A stretch of 64,000 nucleotides of DNA from an uncultured Chroococcidiopsis sp. (GCA_964248365.1 CAXTYC010000016.1:32001-96000), one strand, 5' to 3'; shown: positions 19,901 through 30,269, counted from the stretch's first letter. Made by a program: numbers and translations. Notes: generated by a model not told the origin, from the sequence alone.

Positions 19901-20822
19901 CTCGATTTTTTCCTGCTCTAACTATTTTCAAAAAGATTTGCGTCAAGTCTGCTTGTTCTTTCTCGACAAAATGCAGTGGTAGAGGGTTGAGAATTTCTAG
20001 CACTTTGTAGAGCAATTCTTGCTTTCTAACATAGATAGTTTGCCGATTGACAACGTCTGCCCCAATTGTTTCTAATTGTGTAATGCGTCCATCATCAAGG
20101 GTGGCTTCCATCTCAATTTTGTAAGTTTTACCGGAAAATTGTCGAATTAGTTCAGGCGTTGGTGAAGAAGTTAAGATTTCACCTTTTTGGATAATGGCAA
20201 TTCTGTCTGAAAGTTCTTCAGCAATAGCAAGTTGGTGAGTAGTCAACAAAATAGCGCAACCAGAAGCAGCAATTTCTCGCACCAAAATTTTGACATCTTC
20301 AGTTGCTTCTACGTCTAGCCCTAAAGTAGGTTCATCTAACAATAGCAGTTGGGGTTGATGTATTAAAGAGACTGCGATCGCTAACTTCTGCTGCATTCCC
20401 CGTGAAAGATTTTGCACTGAGGTACGGCGTTTATGCAGCAAACCAAATCTCTCTAAAAGTACCATTGCTGACTTGCTGGCTTGTCTACGGTTTAGCCCCT
20501 TGAGTACCCCGAAGTATTTCAAATTCTCTTCTGGAGTCAGTCGCCAGTAGACGTTGCGATTTCCTTCTAGCACTGCACCCAGGTTTTGCAGTGCAGCTGG
20601 GTTGCGGTGGGGATCACTCCCAACAATTCTCACCCAACCTGCATCCGGCTTAATCAGTCCTGCCATCATTTTAATGCAAGTTGTCTTGCCAGCCCCATTG
20701 GGACCGAGGAAAGCCAGCACCTCTCCAGAACGAATGGTTAAGGAAACGTTTTTGACGGCTTCAACAAAAGAGTTGTTATGGCGGTAAGTTTTTTTGAGGT
20801 TGTAGGCTTCCAGTGCATTCAT
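19878..20822 (-). CDS. ABC exporter ATP-binding protein
   Basis: Motifs GPNGAGKT, LSRGMQQ and LLLLDEPT. Confidence 0.93.
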   Translation of the reverse strand: MNALEAYNLKKTYRHNNSFVEAVKNVSLTIRSGEVLAFLGPNGAGKTTCIKMMAGLIKPDAGWVRIVGSDPHRNPAALQNLGAVLEGNRNVYWRLTPEENLKYFGVLKGLNRRQASKSAMVLLERFGLLHKRRTSVQNLSRGMQQKLAIAVSLIHQPQLLLLDEPTLGLDVEATEDVKILVREIAASGCAILLTTHQLAIAEELSDRIAIIQKGEILTSSPTPELIRQFSGKTYKIEMEATLDDGRITQLETIGADVVNRQTIYVRKQELLYKVLEILNPLPLHFVEKEQADLTQIFLKIVRAGKNRDVGIISS

Positions 20823-20965
20823 AAAGTCAGGCTGGGCATAGTTATCAGATATGCTTTATCCAGCTATATCCTACTTTGCCCAGTGTTGCGAACACTAGTT
20901 CCCAGGCATCGCTGTGGGAACTAAATATATATCTAGTAAATCCCCCCCCCGATAGAGACAATGGC

Positions 20966-20997
20966 TAGACTCTCCCCTCAGCTGGAAGATTTAGCAT
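20966..20997 (+). promoter_or_regulatory. Putative MerR/CueR-type promoter-operator
   Basis: -35 TAGACT and -10 TAGCAT are separated by 20 bp containing the imperfect dyad TCTCC...GGAAGA, 30 bp upstream of the Cu-ATPase ATG. Confidence 0.55.
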
Positions 20998-21026
20998 ACA
21001 AACATAGCGACACAGAGATAGCAACA

Positions 21027-23363
21027 ATGGAAACAGTGCAGTTGCAATTGCGGGGGATGAGTTGTGCAGGTTGCGCCCGTTCAATTGAAAAAGCCATTCG
21101 CGCTGTTGTTGGGGTAATTGACTGTAATGTGAATTTTGGGGCGGAACAGGCGAGTGTTACCTACAACCCCAGAGAAACAAATATAGAGAAAATTCAGCGA
21201 GCAGTGGTAGAGGCGGGATATGCAGCTTCTCCACTGAAGGAAATGGGTTCAAAAGAAGATGATGCCGAAGTTGCTGCTAGACTTGCCCAAAAGCGAGACT
21301 TAACGCGCAAGGTGGTAGTAGGGGCGTTGATTAGTGTTCTATTGCTGATAGGATCGCTGCCAATGATGACAGGGTTAAATCTGCCATTGATTCCCACTTG
21401 GCTACATAATCCTTGGGTACAGCTAGTATTGACAGCACCTGTCCAGTTCTGGTGTGGTAAATCTTTTTATCGGGGTGCGTGGAGGGCTTTCAAACGTCGG
21501 GCGGCGGATATGAATACCCTGATTGCTTTGGGTACTAGTGCGGCGTATTTCTATTCCGTCTTTGCCACCATTAGCCCTGGGTTCTTTCAAAGTCAGGGAC
21601 TGATGCCGGAAGTGTACTATGAAACCGCTGCTATTGTAATTACTTTAATTCTACTAGGGCGATCGCTGGAAAATCGGGCTAGGGGTCAAACTTCTGAAGC
21701 CATTCGTAAACTGATCGGTTTACAAGCACGAGATGCCAGAATAATTCGTAATGGCAAGGAAATAGAAGTTCCCATCCAAGCAGTCAGGGCTGGGGATATA
21801 ATTTTGGTGCGCCCAGGTGAAAAAATTCCCACTGATGGGGAAGTAATTGATGGTGCTTCTACCGTCGATGAGTCGATGGTGACGGGTGAGAGTTTACCAG
21901 TTAAAAAGCAGCCAGGGAATGAAGTAATTGGGGCGACGATTAATAAAACTGGTAGTTTTAAATTTCGGGCTACACGAGTCGGGAAAGATACGGTTTTGGC
22001 GCAGATTGTCCAACTAGTGCAGCAGGCGCAAGGATCGAAAGCACCAATTCAGCGTTTGGCGGATCGAGTGACTGGGTATTTTGTTCCCCTAGTGATTGCG
22101 ATCGCGATCGCAACTTTTGTAATTTGGTTTGACATCATGGGCAATTTGTCTCTTGCCTTAATTACTACTGTTGAGGTATTAATTATTGCTTGTCCCTGTG
22201 CTTTGGGTTTAGCTACACCGACATCGGTTATGGTGGGAACGGGCAAAGGTGCAGAAAATGGCATCTTAATTAAAGGTGCTGAAAGTTTAGAACTGGCACA
22301 TAAAATTCAGACTATTGTATTAGATAAAACTGGGACATTGACTGAAGGTAAACCCACTGTCACTGATTTTGTAACGGTACATGGAACAGCAAATCGCAAT
22401 GAACTAAAACTGTTGCGGCTGGTGGCATCGGTGGAACATAATTCAGAACATCCCCTTGCTGATGCGATTGTCAAATATGCTTCTTCTCAGGAAGTGGATT
22501 TAATAAATGTACAAAACTTTGAGGCGATCGCTGGTAGTGGTGTTCAAGGTATAGTAAGCGATCGCCTGATACAAATTGGTACTCAAAGATGGATGGAAGA
22601 ATTAGGCATCGATACCCAACAGCTGCAAAGCTACAAATCTGCTTGGGAAGCTGCTGGTAAAACCGTTGTCTGGATCGCAGTTGATAGAGAAATTCAGGGA
22701 ATTATGGGTATTGCTGACACCCTCAAACCCTCCTCAGCCGCCGCCGTCAAAGCTTTACAACGTAATGGTTTGGAAGTAGTGATGTTAACTGGAGATAATC
22801 GCCCAACGGCAGAAGCGATCGCCCAAATCGTCGGAATTACCCGCGTCTATGCCGAAGTTCGCCCCGATCAAAAAGCGGCAATTGTCAAGTCTCTCCAAGG
22901 GGAAAAGCCCCGTGGCAGAGGAACCCCGTGGCAGAGGAGAAAATTTAATCCAAAATCTCCTAGCCTCCAGCCCCAAGCCCCTAGCCCCTCCATTGTCGCA
23001 ATGGTAGGTGATGGTATTAATGATGCCCCTGCTTTGGCACAGGCTGATGTAGGGATTGCTATTGGCACAGGAACAGATGTAGCGATCGCTGCTAGTGACA
23101 TTACTTTAATCTCTGGTGATCTGCGAGGTATTGTTACAGCAATTGAATTGAGTCGTGCCACTATACGTAATATCCGGCAAAATTTGTTTTTTGCCTTTAT
23201 CTACAATGTCGCTGGTATACCAATAGCCGCCGGAATTCTTTTCCCCTTCTTTGGCTGGCTACTCAATCCAATTATCGCTGGTGCAGCAATGGCATTCAGT
23301 TCAGTCTCTGTAGTGACTAATGCCCTACGCTTACGCAATTTTCAGCCCAAAATTAGCTTCTAA
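21027..23363 (+). CDS. Cu(I)-translocating P1B-type ATPase (CopA/PacS-like)
   Basis: GMSCAGC metal-binding domain, TGES, CPC, DKTGT, GDGIND, and the YN and MAFSS Cu(I) motifs. Confidence 0.95.
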   Translation: METVQLQLRGMSCAGCARSIEKAIRAVVGVIDCNVNFGAEQASVTYNPRETNIEKIQRAVVEAGYAASPLKEMGSKEDDAEVAARLAQKRDLTRKVVVGALISVLLLIGSLPMMTGLNLPLIPTWLHNPWVQLVLTAPVQFWCGKSFYRGAWRAFKRRAADMNTLIALGTSAAYFYSVFATISPGFFQSQGLMPEVYYETAAIVITLILLGRSLENRARGQTSEAIRKLIGLQARDARIIRNGKEIEVPIQAVRAGDIILVRPGEKIPTDGEVIDGASTVDESMVTGESLPVKKQPGNEVIGATINKTGSFKFRATRVGKDTVLAQIVQLVQQAQGSKAPIQRLADRVTGYFVPLVIAIAIATFVIWFDIMGNLSLALITTVEVLIIACPCALGLATPTSVMVGTGKGAENGILIKGAESLELAHKIQTIVLDKTGTLTEGKPTVTDFVTVHGTANRNELKLLRLVASVEHNSEHPLADAIVKYASSQEVDLINVQNFEAIAGSGVQGIVSDRLIQIGTQRWMEELGIDTQQLQSYKSAWEAAGKTVVWIAVDREIQGIMGIADTLKPSSAAAVKALQRNGLEVVMLTGDNRPTAEAIAQIVGITRVYAEVRPDQKAAIVKSLQGEKPRGRGTPWQRRKFNPKSPSLQPQAPSPSIVAMVGDGINDAPALAQADVGIAIGTGTDVAIAASDITLISGDLRGIVTAIELSRATIRNIRQNLFFAFIYNVAGIPIAAGILFPFFGWLLNPIIAGAAMAFSSVSVVTNALRLRNFQPKISF

Positions 23364-23383
23364 GCAAGGAGGAATCGCTGCAA

Positions 23384-23647
23384 ATGTTAAAAATAAGCAA
23401 GATTTGGGGTAGCGTTATTAGTCTAGGATTACTGTTAGGATTTGCTTCAGGTGTAAAGGCAGCAGAAAGGCAAGATCAGCATTTAGGAAATCAATTTCGC
23501 CGCATTGAACAACCTTTAGGCTTGAAAGTAGCTGTCACATTAGGTGGAGTGGGGTTAATTGCAGCCCAATTATGGTGGTTTCTTTTGAGTCAAAACCCAC
23601 AATTGCAAGCAAGAAATAACCAGAACTTAGGCAAAGATATCCCATAG
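23384..23647 (+). CDS. Small membrane protein resembling the N-terminal part of Cu-ATPase-associated cupredoxin proteins
   Basis: AGGAGG RBS and the sequence QFRRIEQPLGLKVAVTLGG..LWWFL. No cupredoxin domain follows. Confidence 0.6.
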   Translation: MLKISKIWGSVISLGLLLGFASGVKAAERQDQHLGNQFRRIEQPLGLKVAVTLGGVGLIAAQLWWFLLSQNPQLQARNNQNLGKDIP

Positions 23648-23776
23648 CCTCCCTTTTTATTGTTTTAGTCCGTTTTAACCCACTTAAGCTATTGGTTCTG
23701 CGGAAATTAATTTCCAGGCGGGTTATAAATCAAATGAAACGCCCCCCTTTTTAACTCCTGTTGGCGGTATCTTCAA

Positions 23777-24235
23777 CTAAACCCCTGTGTAATGCATGAT
23801 TGTCACAGGAAGGCGAATCAAAATATTGGCTAAAGCAGATAAGCCAAACTTGATTTTAAGCGATCGCGGTAACTCCCGCCATGAAACTGGCACAAAGCCA
23901 AAACGAGTATAAAAACTCGCAAGGCGGCTACCCAGACATTCTAGATACAGTGGCTGCGTAGCCTGTTGCACTAAATGTCTAACTAGATACGTACCCAATC
24001 CTTTACCGCGCATTGCTGGTGCTACCACTAGGCTACCAAGTTCTTGCGCCCCAGAAAAGGAACGCAACTGCCCACAAGCAACCAAACGCCCATTACATTC
24101 AATTACCCAAAATTGCTGCCAGCTAACCTGTGTCGGATCGAGTGCCGCCCCTAACACTAACGAACGTATTGCCCATATATCTTTAGCTGTAGCTGGGCGA
24201 AGAATACAGCCTAGTGGTAACTCAGACAAGGACAT
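23777..24235 (-). CDS. GNAT family N-acetyltransferase
   Basis: Motifs V.PAMRGKGLG and FYTRFGF. Confidence 0.88.
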   Translation of the reverse strand: MSLSELPLGCILRPATAKDIWAIRSLVLGAALDPTQVSWQQFWVIECNGRLVACGQLRSFSGAQELGSLVVAPAMRGKGLGTYLVRHLVQQATQPLYLECLGSRLASFYTRFGFVPVSWRELPRSLKIKFGLSALANILIRLPVTIMHYTGV

Positions 24236-24346
24236 TACTAAACTTCAGAAATTTAAGTACCTTCTTTATTCTCCTCTCCCCCAGCTTCCCCTACTCCCAC
24301 AGCGAACCCTGCAATCATCATGAAGAATATTGAACTCACCACGAGA

Positions 24347-24925
24347 TCAGGGCGATCGCATTGGTAATGGCTTCCAGTTAGAGTATTGAGCTAAATGGTT
24401 CCAGTATGCCAAATATCCTGTAAAAGCGAAGATTAAAGCCGCAACTACCAATACAAACGCCCCTACTATTCGCAAGCTTCGGTTTGTCTTGAAATAAAGT
24501 GTAGGTGCAGCACAGATCCCACCTAAACCAGTCAGGATGAAACCAATTCCAGACAGTAATGGTTGTTTTGTCAAGCCTAAATTAATAATACGTAAACCAA
24601 CCACAACAGCAGCCACACCAGCAAAAAAGCCGTAAATTGCCACAGTGATTAAATCATAGTCAAGAGCGATGGCAAAACACGCCCCCAAAAACAAGATTCC
24701 GAACAATACAGACATTTCACCGTAAGCAATATTGAAGCTACCTGGAACTGTCCAAGTGAAAATCATGTGTAACCCTGTGACAAGAGCGATCGCCCCCGTC
24801 ATTCCAAAGCCTGGAATCCAACGTTTTTGATTTGTGTCACTCAAACCCCAATACACATAGGCAGCTAGGAGAAATAGCCCAGCTACCAAATTGATCAGCA
24901 TTAAAGTGATGTAGTTGATAAACAT
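24347..24925 (-). CDS. DUF981 family membrane protein
   Basis: MFINYITLML start, motif PGSFNIAYGE and six predicted TM segments. Confidence 0.75.
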   Translation of the reverse strand: MFINYITLMLINLVAGLFLLAAYVYWGLSDTNQKRWIPGFGMTGAIALVTGLHMIFTWTVPGSFNIAYGEMSVLFGILFLGACFAIALDYDLITVAIYGFFAGVAAVVVGLRIINLGLTKQPLLSGIGFILTGLGGICAAPTLYFKTNRSLRIVGAFVLVVAALIFAFTGYLAYWNHLAQYSNWKPLPMRSP

Positions 24926-25069
24926 TATTCTATCTAGTAGTTATTACCAAGCCACCTTAACTAAGAAATAAATATATATTCCCACTTAATTATTACTACT
25001 TTATGCAGAACTAAAGCAATAAAAAATAGACTATATTCTTGCTGATTAAATCTTACCAATAGATGAATT

Positions 25070-25780
25070 ATGGCTCAAACTTGGTTATGGATTGGCGTTA
25101 TAGGTATGGCGCTAGGATCTGTATTTTTCGGGATAGGCGCACACAATGCTAAAAATGAGCGTTGGAGAATACTGTTTACACTTAATTTCTTTATTTGCGC
25201 GATCGCTTGTGGACTATATCTATCAATGGCATTAGGTCAGGGTAAAAGTGAAATTGCGGGTCGTCCCACTGTTTGGGTTAGATACATAACTTGGTTTTTG
25301 TCAACCCCACTATTAATCTTAGACCTTACCTTTCTGGGCAAAACCAGCCTGCCAATTACAGCTAGCATACTGGGAGCAAACGCATATATGATTGTCACAG
25401 GCTTTGTTGCCACTATATCAGCTGACAGAGCGATCGGGCATATTTGGTACGTTGTTAGCTGCTTTGCTTTCCTAGCTACTCTCTACTTATTGGTCAACCA
25501 ATACCGCAAAGAAGCCGAACGCAAGCACCCAAGATCTAAAAAAGTATTTCGCAAACTGCTAACAGTTCATATAGTATTTTGGACTCTTTATCCAATAGTT
25601 TGGCTACTGGGTAACACCTGGCTTAACATCATTAACCAAGGTACTGAAACAATGTTTTACACACTCCTAGATCTTGCCTCTAAAGTCGGATTTGGTTTCC
25701 TATCACTCAACTCCATGCATAATCTAGAACAAGCAAACGAAGCACCACCCATGCATGGATACGAATCTTCAGCCATTTAA
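25070..25780 (+). CDS. Cyanobacterial halorhodopsin (CyHR, TSD-motif anion pump)
   Basis: Seven TM segments. Helix C RYITWFLSTPLLILD gives T74/S78/D85; also WTLYPIVW and DLASK with retinal-binding K205. Confidence 0.95.
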   Translation: MAQTWLWIGVIGMALGSVFFGIGAHNAKNERWRILFTLNFFICAIACGLYLSMALGQGKSEIAGRPTVWVRYITWFLSTPLLILDLTFLGKTSLPITASILGANAYMIVTGFVATISADRAIGHIWYVVSCFAFLATLYLLVNQYRKEAERKHPRSKKVFRKLLTVHIVFWTLYPIVWLLGNTWLNIINQGTETMFYTLLDLASKVGFGFLSLNSMHNLEQANEAPPMHGYESSAI

Positions 25781-25856
25781 TCTGACAGCATTGCACACCA
25801 ACAGATGATCTCCTTTGTTTCACTTAGCGCCTTTGCGTCTTTGCGTGAGGTAAAAA

Positions 25857-26744
25857 TCAACTTTCCTCACCCCAAGTCCGTAGTTGAAGATATACCAGTA
25901 AAAACGCCACAGCTAACAACACTGTGGCGGCTGCTGCTGCATAACCAAAATCAAATTGACCAAAAGCTTCCTGGTAAATGTAATAGACCAAAATATTAGT
26001 AGAATTTAATGGACCACCGCCAGTAATAACATAAATTTGCTCGAAACTTCGCAAGGTAAAAATAGCAGTGGTAATTGTAGCAAATATCAACGTAGGTCTT
26101 AATCCTGGTAGGGTAATATGCCAAAATTGCTGCCAAGCATTCGCGCCATCTAATTCGGCTGCTTCATAACGACCTAGTGGAATTGCTTGCAATCCAGCCA
26201 AAAACACCACCAAATTGAAACCTAATTGTTTCCAAATACTTAATAAAATTAATACTGGCATTGCCCAAGTACTGCTACCCAACCAGGGTATTGGTGCAAT
26301 TCCAAAGGTATTTAATAGCGCGTTTACTGGACCTTCGGTTTGAAATAGCCAGCGAAAACCTAACCCTGCTGCTACCAGTGAGGTAATGGAGGGGAGAAAA
26401 TAGGCACTGCGTAGCAATCCTCGCAAAACTAAGGAACGATTTAACAAGACGGCTAACCCCAAGGGAATGATGAGACTGGGAATAACTGTTGCAACTGTGA
26501 AATAAACAGTATTTCCAATGACTTGCCAAAAATCAGGGTCGAGTAGCAACCGCCGATAATTGTTTAAGCCAACCAGCTGAACACCTGCTAAAGTAAAACT
26601 TCCCCTGGTCACGCTCAGATAAAACAAGTAGGCGATTGGAAATAGTAAAAATATACCAAGCATCAGCAGCGCAGGAGCAAGAAAGATCCAAGCTGCAACA
26701 GTATCATTATCAAGTAATTGCTTGTGAGAACGCCTTGGAGTCAT
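25857..26744 (-). CDS. Carbohydrate ABC transporter permease
   Basis: EAA motif YEAAELDGA and FDFGYAAA. Confidence 0.92.
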   Translation of the reverse strand: MTPRRSHKQLLDNDTVAAWIFLAPALLMLGIFLLFPIAYLFYLSVTRGSFTLAGVQLVGLNNYRRLLLDPDFWQVIGNTVYFTVATVIPSLIIPLGLAVLLNRSLVLRGLLRSAYFLPSITSLVAAGLGFRWLFQTEGPVNALLNTFGIAPIPWLGSSTWAMPVLILLSIWKQLGFNLVVFLAGLQAIPLGRYEAAELDGANAWQQFWHITLPGLRPTLIFATITTAIFTLRSFEQIYVITGGGPLNSTNILVYYIYQEAFGQFDFGYAAAAATVLLAVAFLLVYLQLRTWGEES

Positions 26745-26900
26745 GAAGAGCCTAAATTGTTTTTGTTATTCTACGTCTGTACTGGTAGTTGGTAGTTGGT
26801 AACAGCGCCAGCTAACCGCTAACCACTAACCGCGCGCCTGGTAACTGGTAACTGGTAACTGATAACACCTAACAGCTAACTGGTAACTGATAACTGATAG

Positions 26901-27566
26901 ATGACTAATCCAGCCACCCCTGACACTACTGCTTGCCTAATTTCTCCTTCTGTTTATCCTAGTGTGCAACCAGGTGAACCTATAAAATTGGGTATTCTTG
27001 CCTCTGGTAGCGGTACTAACTTTGAAGCAGTAGCAAGGGCGATCGCCTCCTGCTTGCTTAATGCTCAAATTCAAGTTTTAATCTACAATAATCCAGAGGC
27101 TAAAGTAGCGACACGCGCAGCTAATTGGAATGTACCAGCAGTTTTATTAAATCACCGCCACTTTCAAAGCCGCGAAGATTTAGATCGGCAAATTGTCCAA
27201 ACCTTGCAACAATATCAAGTAGAATGGGTAATCATGGCAGGTTGGATGCGGATAGTTACACCAATTTTAATTGATGCCTTTCCTGATCAAATTATTAACA
27301 TCCATCCGAGTTTATTACCTAGTTTCCGAGGAGTCCGTGCCATCGAGCAAGCACTCGCCGCTGGAGTGAAAATCACAGGCTGTACAGTTCATCTTGTCGC
27401 GCCGGAAGTAGACAGTGGTACAATTTTGCTTCAAGCAGCTGTACCTGTATTGCCCGATGATACTCCCGAAACGCTACACGCTCGCATTCAAGTGCAGGAA
27501 CATCGAATTTTACCTCTTGCGATCGCAATAGCCAATACAAACATGGTAGTGCAATCAGGTTCCTAA
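26901..27566 (+). CDS. purN: Phosphoribosylglycinamide formyltransferase
   Basis: Motifs ASGSGTNF, NIHPSLLP, GCTVH and VDSG. Confidence 0.96.
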   Translation: MTNPATPDTTACLISPSVYPSVQPGEPIKLGILASGSGTNFEAVARAIASCLLNAQIQVLIYNNPEAKVATRAANWNVPAVLLNHRHFQSREDLDRQIVQTLQQYQVEWVIMAGWMRIVTPILIDAFPDQIINIHPSLLPSFRGVRAIEQALAAGVKITGCTVHLVAPEVDSGTILLQAAVPVLPDDTPETLHARIQVQEHRILPLAIAIANTNMVVQSGS

Positions 27567-28342
27567 AACTCACGCCGCGAGAAAATAAAAATAGCGATCG
27601 CTATCACCAATACTGTATAAGCTAATCCATAACTAGCATTACTTACTAGTGTAAGTGGGTTGGGTAAAGCCTCGCTGCCATAAACCGCTTGATTCTTCAA
27701 ATCCAGTCGGGATAAGTCAGGCAAGACAAGATACAATTTTTGTGTCAGGCTTTCTAAACCTGGGTTTTTGCTCAGTCGTCCGAAAGCAACAAGATCTGGG
27801 CTTAAATTACCCATCAGATACACGCCAAAGCTCAGCATCGTTGCTAATACTGAACTGGTAAATACACCCAAAGCAATAGAGATCGCACTTACCAGACACA
27901 ACTGCAAAAATAGGAAAACCACTGCTAGAAAAATACTACCTAACGGGTAAGTATATCGATTTAATTGCAGCAAGACGATGTAAATTACCGTCATAGCAGT
28001 AATTAGCGCGGCTAGAACGGCTGATAATCCTAAATGTTTGCCCGTAATAAACTCACTGCGGCTAATCGGCTTGGCAATCAAGACAAGGACAGTACGTTTT
28101 TCGATTTCCTTGTTAACCAGCCCAGTACCGACAAATATAGCAACGATTAAGCCCAGCACACTCATCGCCGCCAAACCAAAATCCAAAAAGATTTTACCGT
28201 CGGTTGCAGCTGCGACTTGAGGAAGTATTTGGATTGCAACGCCCAAAAGAAGCGCATAAAATGCGATAATCCACAAAATGCGATCGCGCACCACTTCCCG
28301 AAACACATTTGAAGCAATTGTAAAAACTCTAGCTAAACTCAC
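27563..28342 (-). CDS. ABC transporter permease (NosY/ABC-2-like)
   Basis: Motif KEIEKRT...KPISRSEFI.GK. GTG at 28342 follows a GGAGG RBS. Confidence 0.85.
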   Translation of the reverse strand: MSLARVFTIASNVFREVVRDRILWIIAFYALLLGVAIQILPQVAAATDGKIFLDFGLAAMSVLGLIVAIFVGTGLVNKEIEKRTVLVLIAKPISRSEFITGKHLGLSAVLAALITAMTVIYIVLLQLNRYTYPLGSIFLAVVFLFLQLCLVSAISIALGVFTSSVLATMLSFGVYLMGNLSPDLVAFGRLSKNPGLESLTQKLYLVLPDLSRLDLKNQAVYGSEALPNPLTLVSNASYGLAYTVLVIAIAIFIFSRREF

Positions 28343-28364
28343 TTTTCCCTCCAAAATCCTCCTG

Positions 28365-28560
28365 TAGGGGGCGGGTTTATTAGATATCCAGGCGGACAAT
28401 CAGATTCGCTAAAACCCGCCCCTACAAATCAATTCACCATACATCATTTATAATTCCTGTTTTTCCCTAGCCCCTTATATTTACAAGAGGGCGGGTTTAT
28501 TAAATATCCACAACAGACAATCAGATTCGCTAAAACCCGCCCCTACACATCAATTCACCA
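28365..28560. repeat. Two tandem copies of a GTAG-type REP hairpin
   Basis: GTAGGGGCGGGTTT...AAACCCGCCCCTAC-ATCAATTCACCA occurs twice with similar loop sequences. Confidence 0.8.
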
Positions 28561-28702
28561 TTCATCATTATATACTTCAGCCTTTTCGTGGGTCGTGGGT
28601 CGATCTTCGTGGGTCTCCTCCTATTTAACCGAACAATCTTAACCAATAGAATCAGACTCCGCTAAGATCAAAAACTGCGGTTTTTAAGATGGGAGAGCGA
28701 CT

Positions 28703-29836
28703 TTGACTAGGAACGGCATCGGTATTCGGACAGCGCAATTACGTACCCACCGGATAGTAGGTCAAATTCATGTTTACGATGGAGTGGGAAAAGGCAAGTC
28801 TCAAGCAGCGCTGGGCGTGGTTTTGCGTTCAATTGGACTAGGAATCAATAGCTGTAATGACACCCGTGTTTTGCTGCTGCGGTTTCTCAAAGGACCTGGA
28901 AGGGCTTATGACGAAGATGGGGCAATTAAAGCACTGCAACAAGGTTTCCCTCATTTAATCGACCAAGTGCGTACCGGACGGGCGGAGTTTTTTGGTGCAG
29001 ATGAGATTACCCGCTTTGACCGCATGGAAGCACAGCGTGGTTGGGATATCGCTAAGGGGGCGATCGCTTCTGGGTTATATTCAGTTGTAGTCTTGGATGA
29101 ACTCAACCCAGTGCTGGATTTGGGCTTGCTAAGCTCTGATGAAGTTGTCAAAGTGCTGCAATCCAAACCGGAGGAGTTAGAAATTATTGCCACTGGTCGA
29201 GGTGCGCCTCAACAGCTACTTGATCTTGCCGATTTACACTCGGAAATGCAACCCCATCACCACCCCACCGCCGCCGCATTGAGCATTTGTGGCATTGAAA
29301 TTTATACAGGTTCCGGTAAAGGTAAGTCTACCAGTGCGCTGGGTAAGGCACTGCAAGCAATTGGTCGGGGAATTAGTCAAGATAATTCTCACCGAGTTTT
29401 GATTGTACAATGGCTCAAAGGAGGAAGTGGGTATACAGAAGATGCAGCGCTCGCAGCCTTACAACAAAGTTACCCTGACTTAGTAGATCATCAACGTTGT
29501 GGTCGAGATGCAATTGTTTGGCGTGGTCAACAACAAGAGCTAGACTATGTAGAAGCCGAGCGAGGTTGGGAAATTGCCTCTGTAGCGATCGCCAGCGGGC
29601 TTTACAAAACAATTATTCTAGATGAACTCAATCCCACCGTCGATCTAGAATTACTCCCCGTTGAACCAATCGTGCAAGCCTTATTGCGTAAACCCCGTGA
29701 TACAGAAGTTGTAATCACCGGACGTTGCCAAAATCCGCCAGCCTATTTTGACCTAGCCAATGTACACTCTGAAGTATTTTGTCATAAACATTATGCTAAT
29801 AGTGGTGTAGAACTCAAACGCGGCGTTGATTTTTAA
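28703..29836 (+). CDS. cobO: Cob(I)yrinic acid a,c-diamide adenosyltransferase (internally duplicated cyanobacterial form)
   Basis: Two G.GKGKS motifs and two LDELNP...TGR modules. Confidence 0.88.
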   Translation: MTRNGIGIRTAQLRTHRIVGQIHVYDGVGKGKSQAALGVVLRSIGLGINSCNDTRVLLLRFLKGPGRAYDEDGAIKALQQGFPHLIDQVRTGRAEFFGADEITRFDRMEAQRGWDIAKGAIASGLYSVVVLDELNPVLDLGLLSSDEVVKVLQSKPEELEIIATGRGAPQQLLDLADLHSEMQPHHHPTAAALSICGIEIYTGSGKGKSTSALGKALQAIGRGISQDNSHRVLIVQWLKGGSGYTEDAALAALQQSYPDLVDHQRCGRDAIVWRGQQQELDYVEAERGWEIASVAIASGLYKTIILDELNPTVDLELLPVEPIVQALLRKPRDTEVVITGRCQNPPAYFDLANVHSEVFCHKHYANSGVELKRGVDF

Positions 29837-29941
29837 ACCAGTGGTAGTTGGTAGTTGGTAGTTGGTTAAAGGTTAAATCAATTCCCTTTACCCTTTACCG
29901 CAATACCTCTTTACCGCAATACCTCTTTACCTTACACAAAC

Positions 29942-30055
29942 ATGGAAAACACTCAAACACTAGATTTGATTACTGGTATTTTGGCGCTAGCCATTCTTAT
30001 TGGTGCATATCTGATGATGCACACCACTGTTTTCACCACCAAAAAAAAGAAATAG
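29942..30055 (+). CDS. 37-aa single-TM small protein
   Basis: MENTQTLDLITGILALAILIGAYLMMHTTVFTTKKKK; below the ORF-track length cutoff. Confidence 0.55.
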   Translation: MENTQTLDLITGILALAILIGAYLMMHTTVFTTKKKK

Positions 30056-30269
30056 CAATGCGCTGTTAGCATTGTTAATTGCTAACAGCTAAAATCCAAA
30101 CTTATAAATTATTTCTCAACTATCTAAAGTTAGATTTATTTAACTTAATTTTATCTAAAGAAATGAGTCAAAAATCTTACATACAGCACTGTTAAAGTAG
30201 TTAAATAAGAAACACAATAGTGTTATAAGATACAGTAATTAGCTATTAGCCTCAGTGCGAAAGCTACCG

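Noticed and set aside
24347..25780. Functional link between the DUF981 gene and the rhodopsin
   Set aside because: Only divergent adjacency supports it; no retinal-synthesis or transducer gene is nearby.
28365..28560. Repeat-spacer-repeat pattern resembling a CRISPR array (also 35927-36085)
   Set aside because: The arms are inverted rather than direct, the loops resemble each other, there are only two units, and no cas genes are present. This fits REP doublets.
29942..30055. psbM/ndhP-like photosynthetic subunit
   Set aside because: It lacks the characteristic motifs of those proteins, so it is left as an unknown microprotein.
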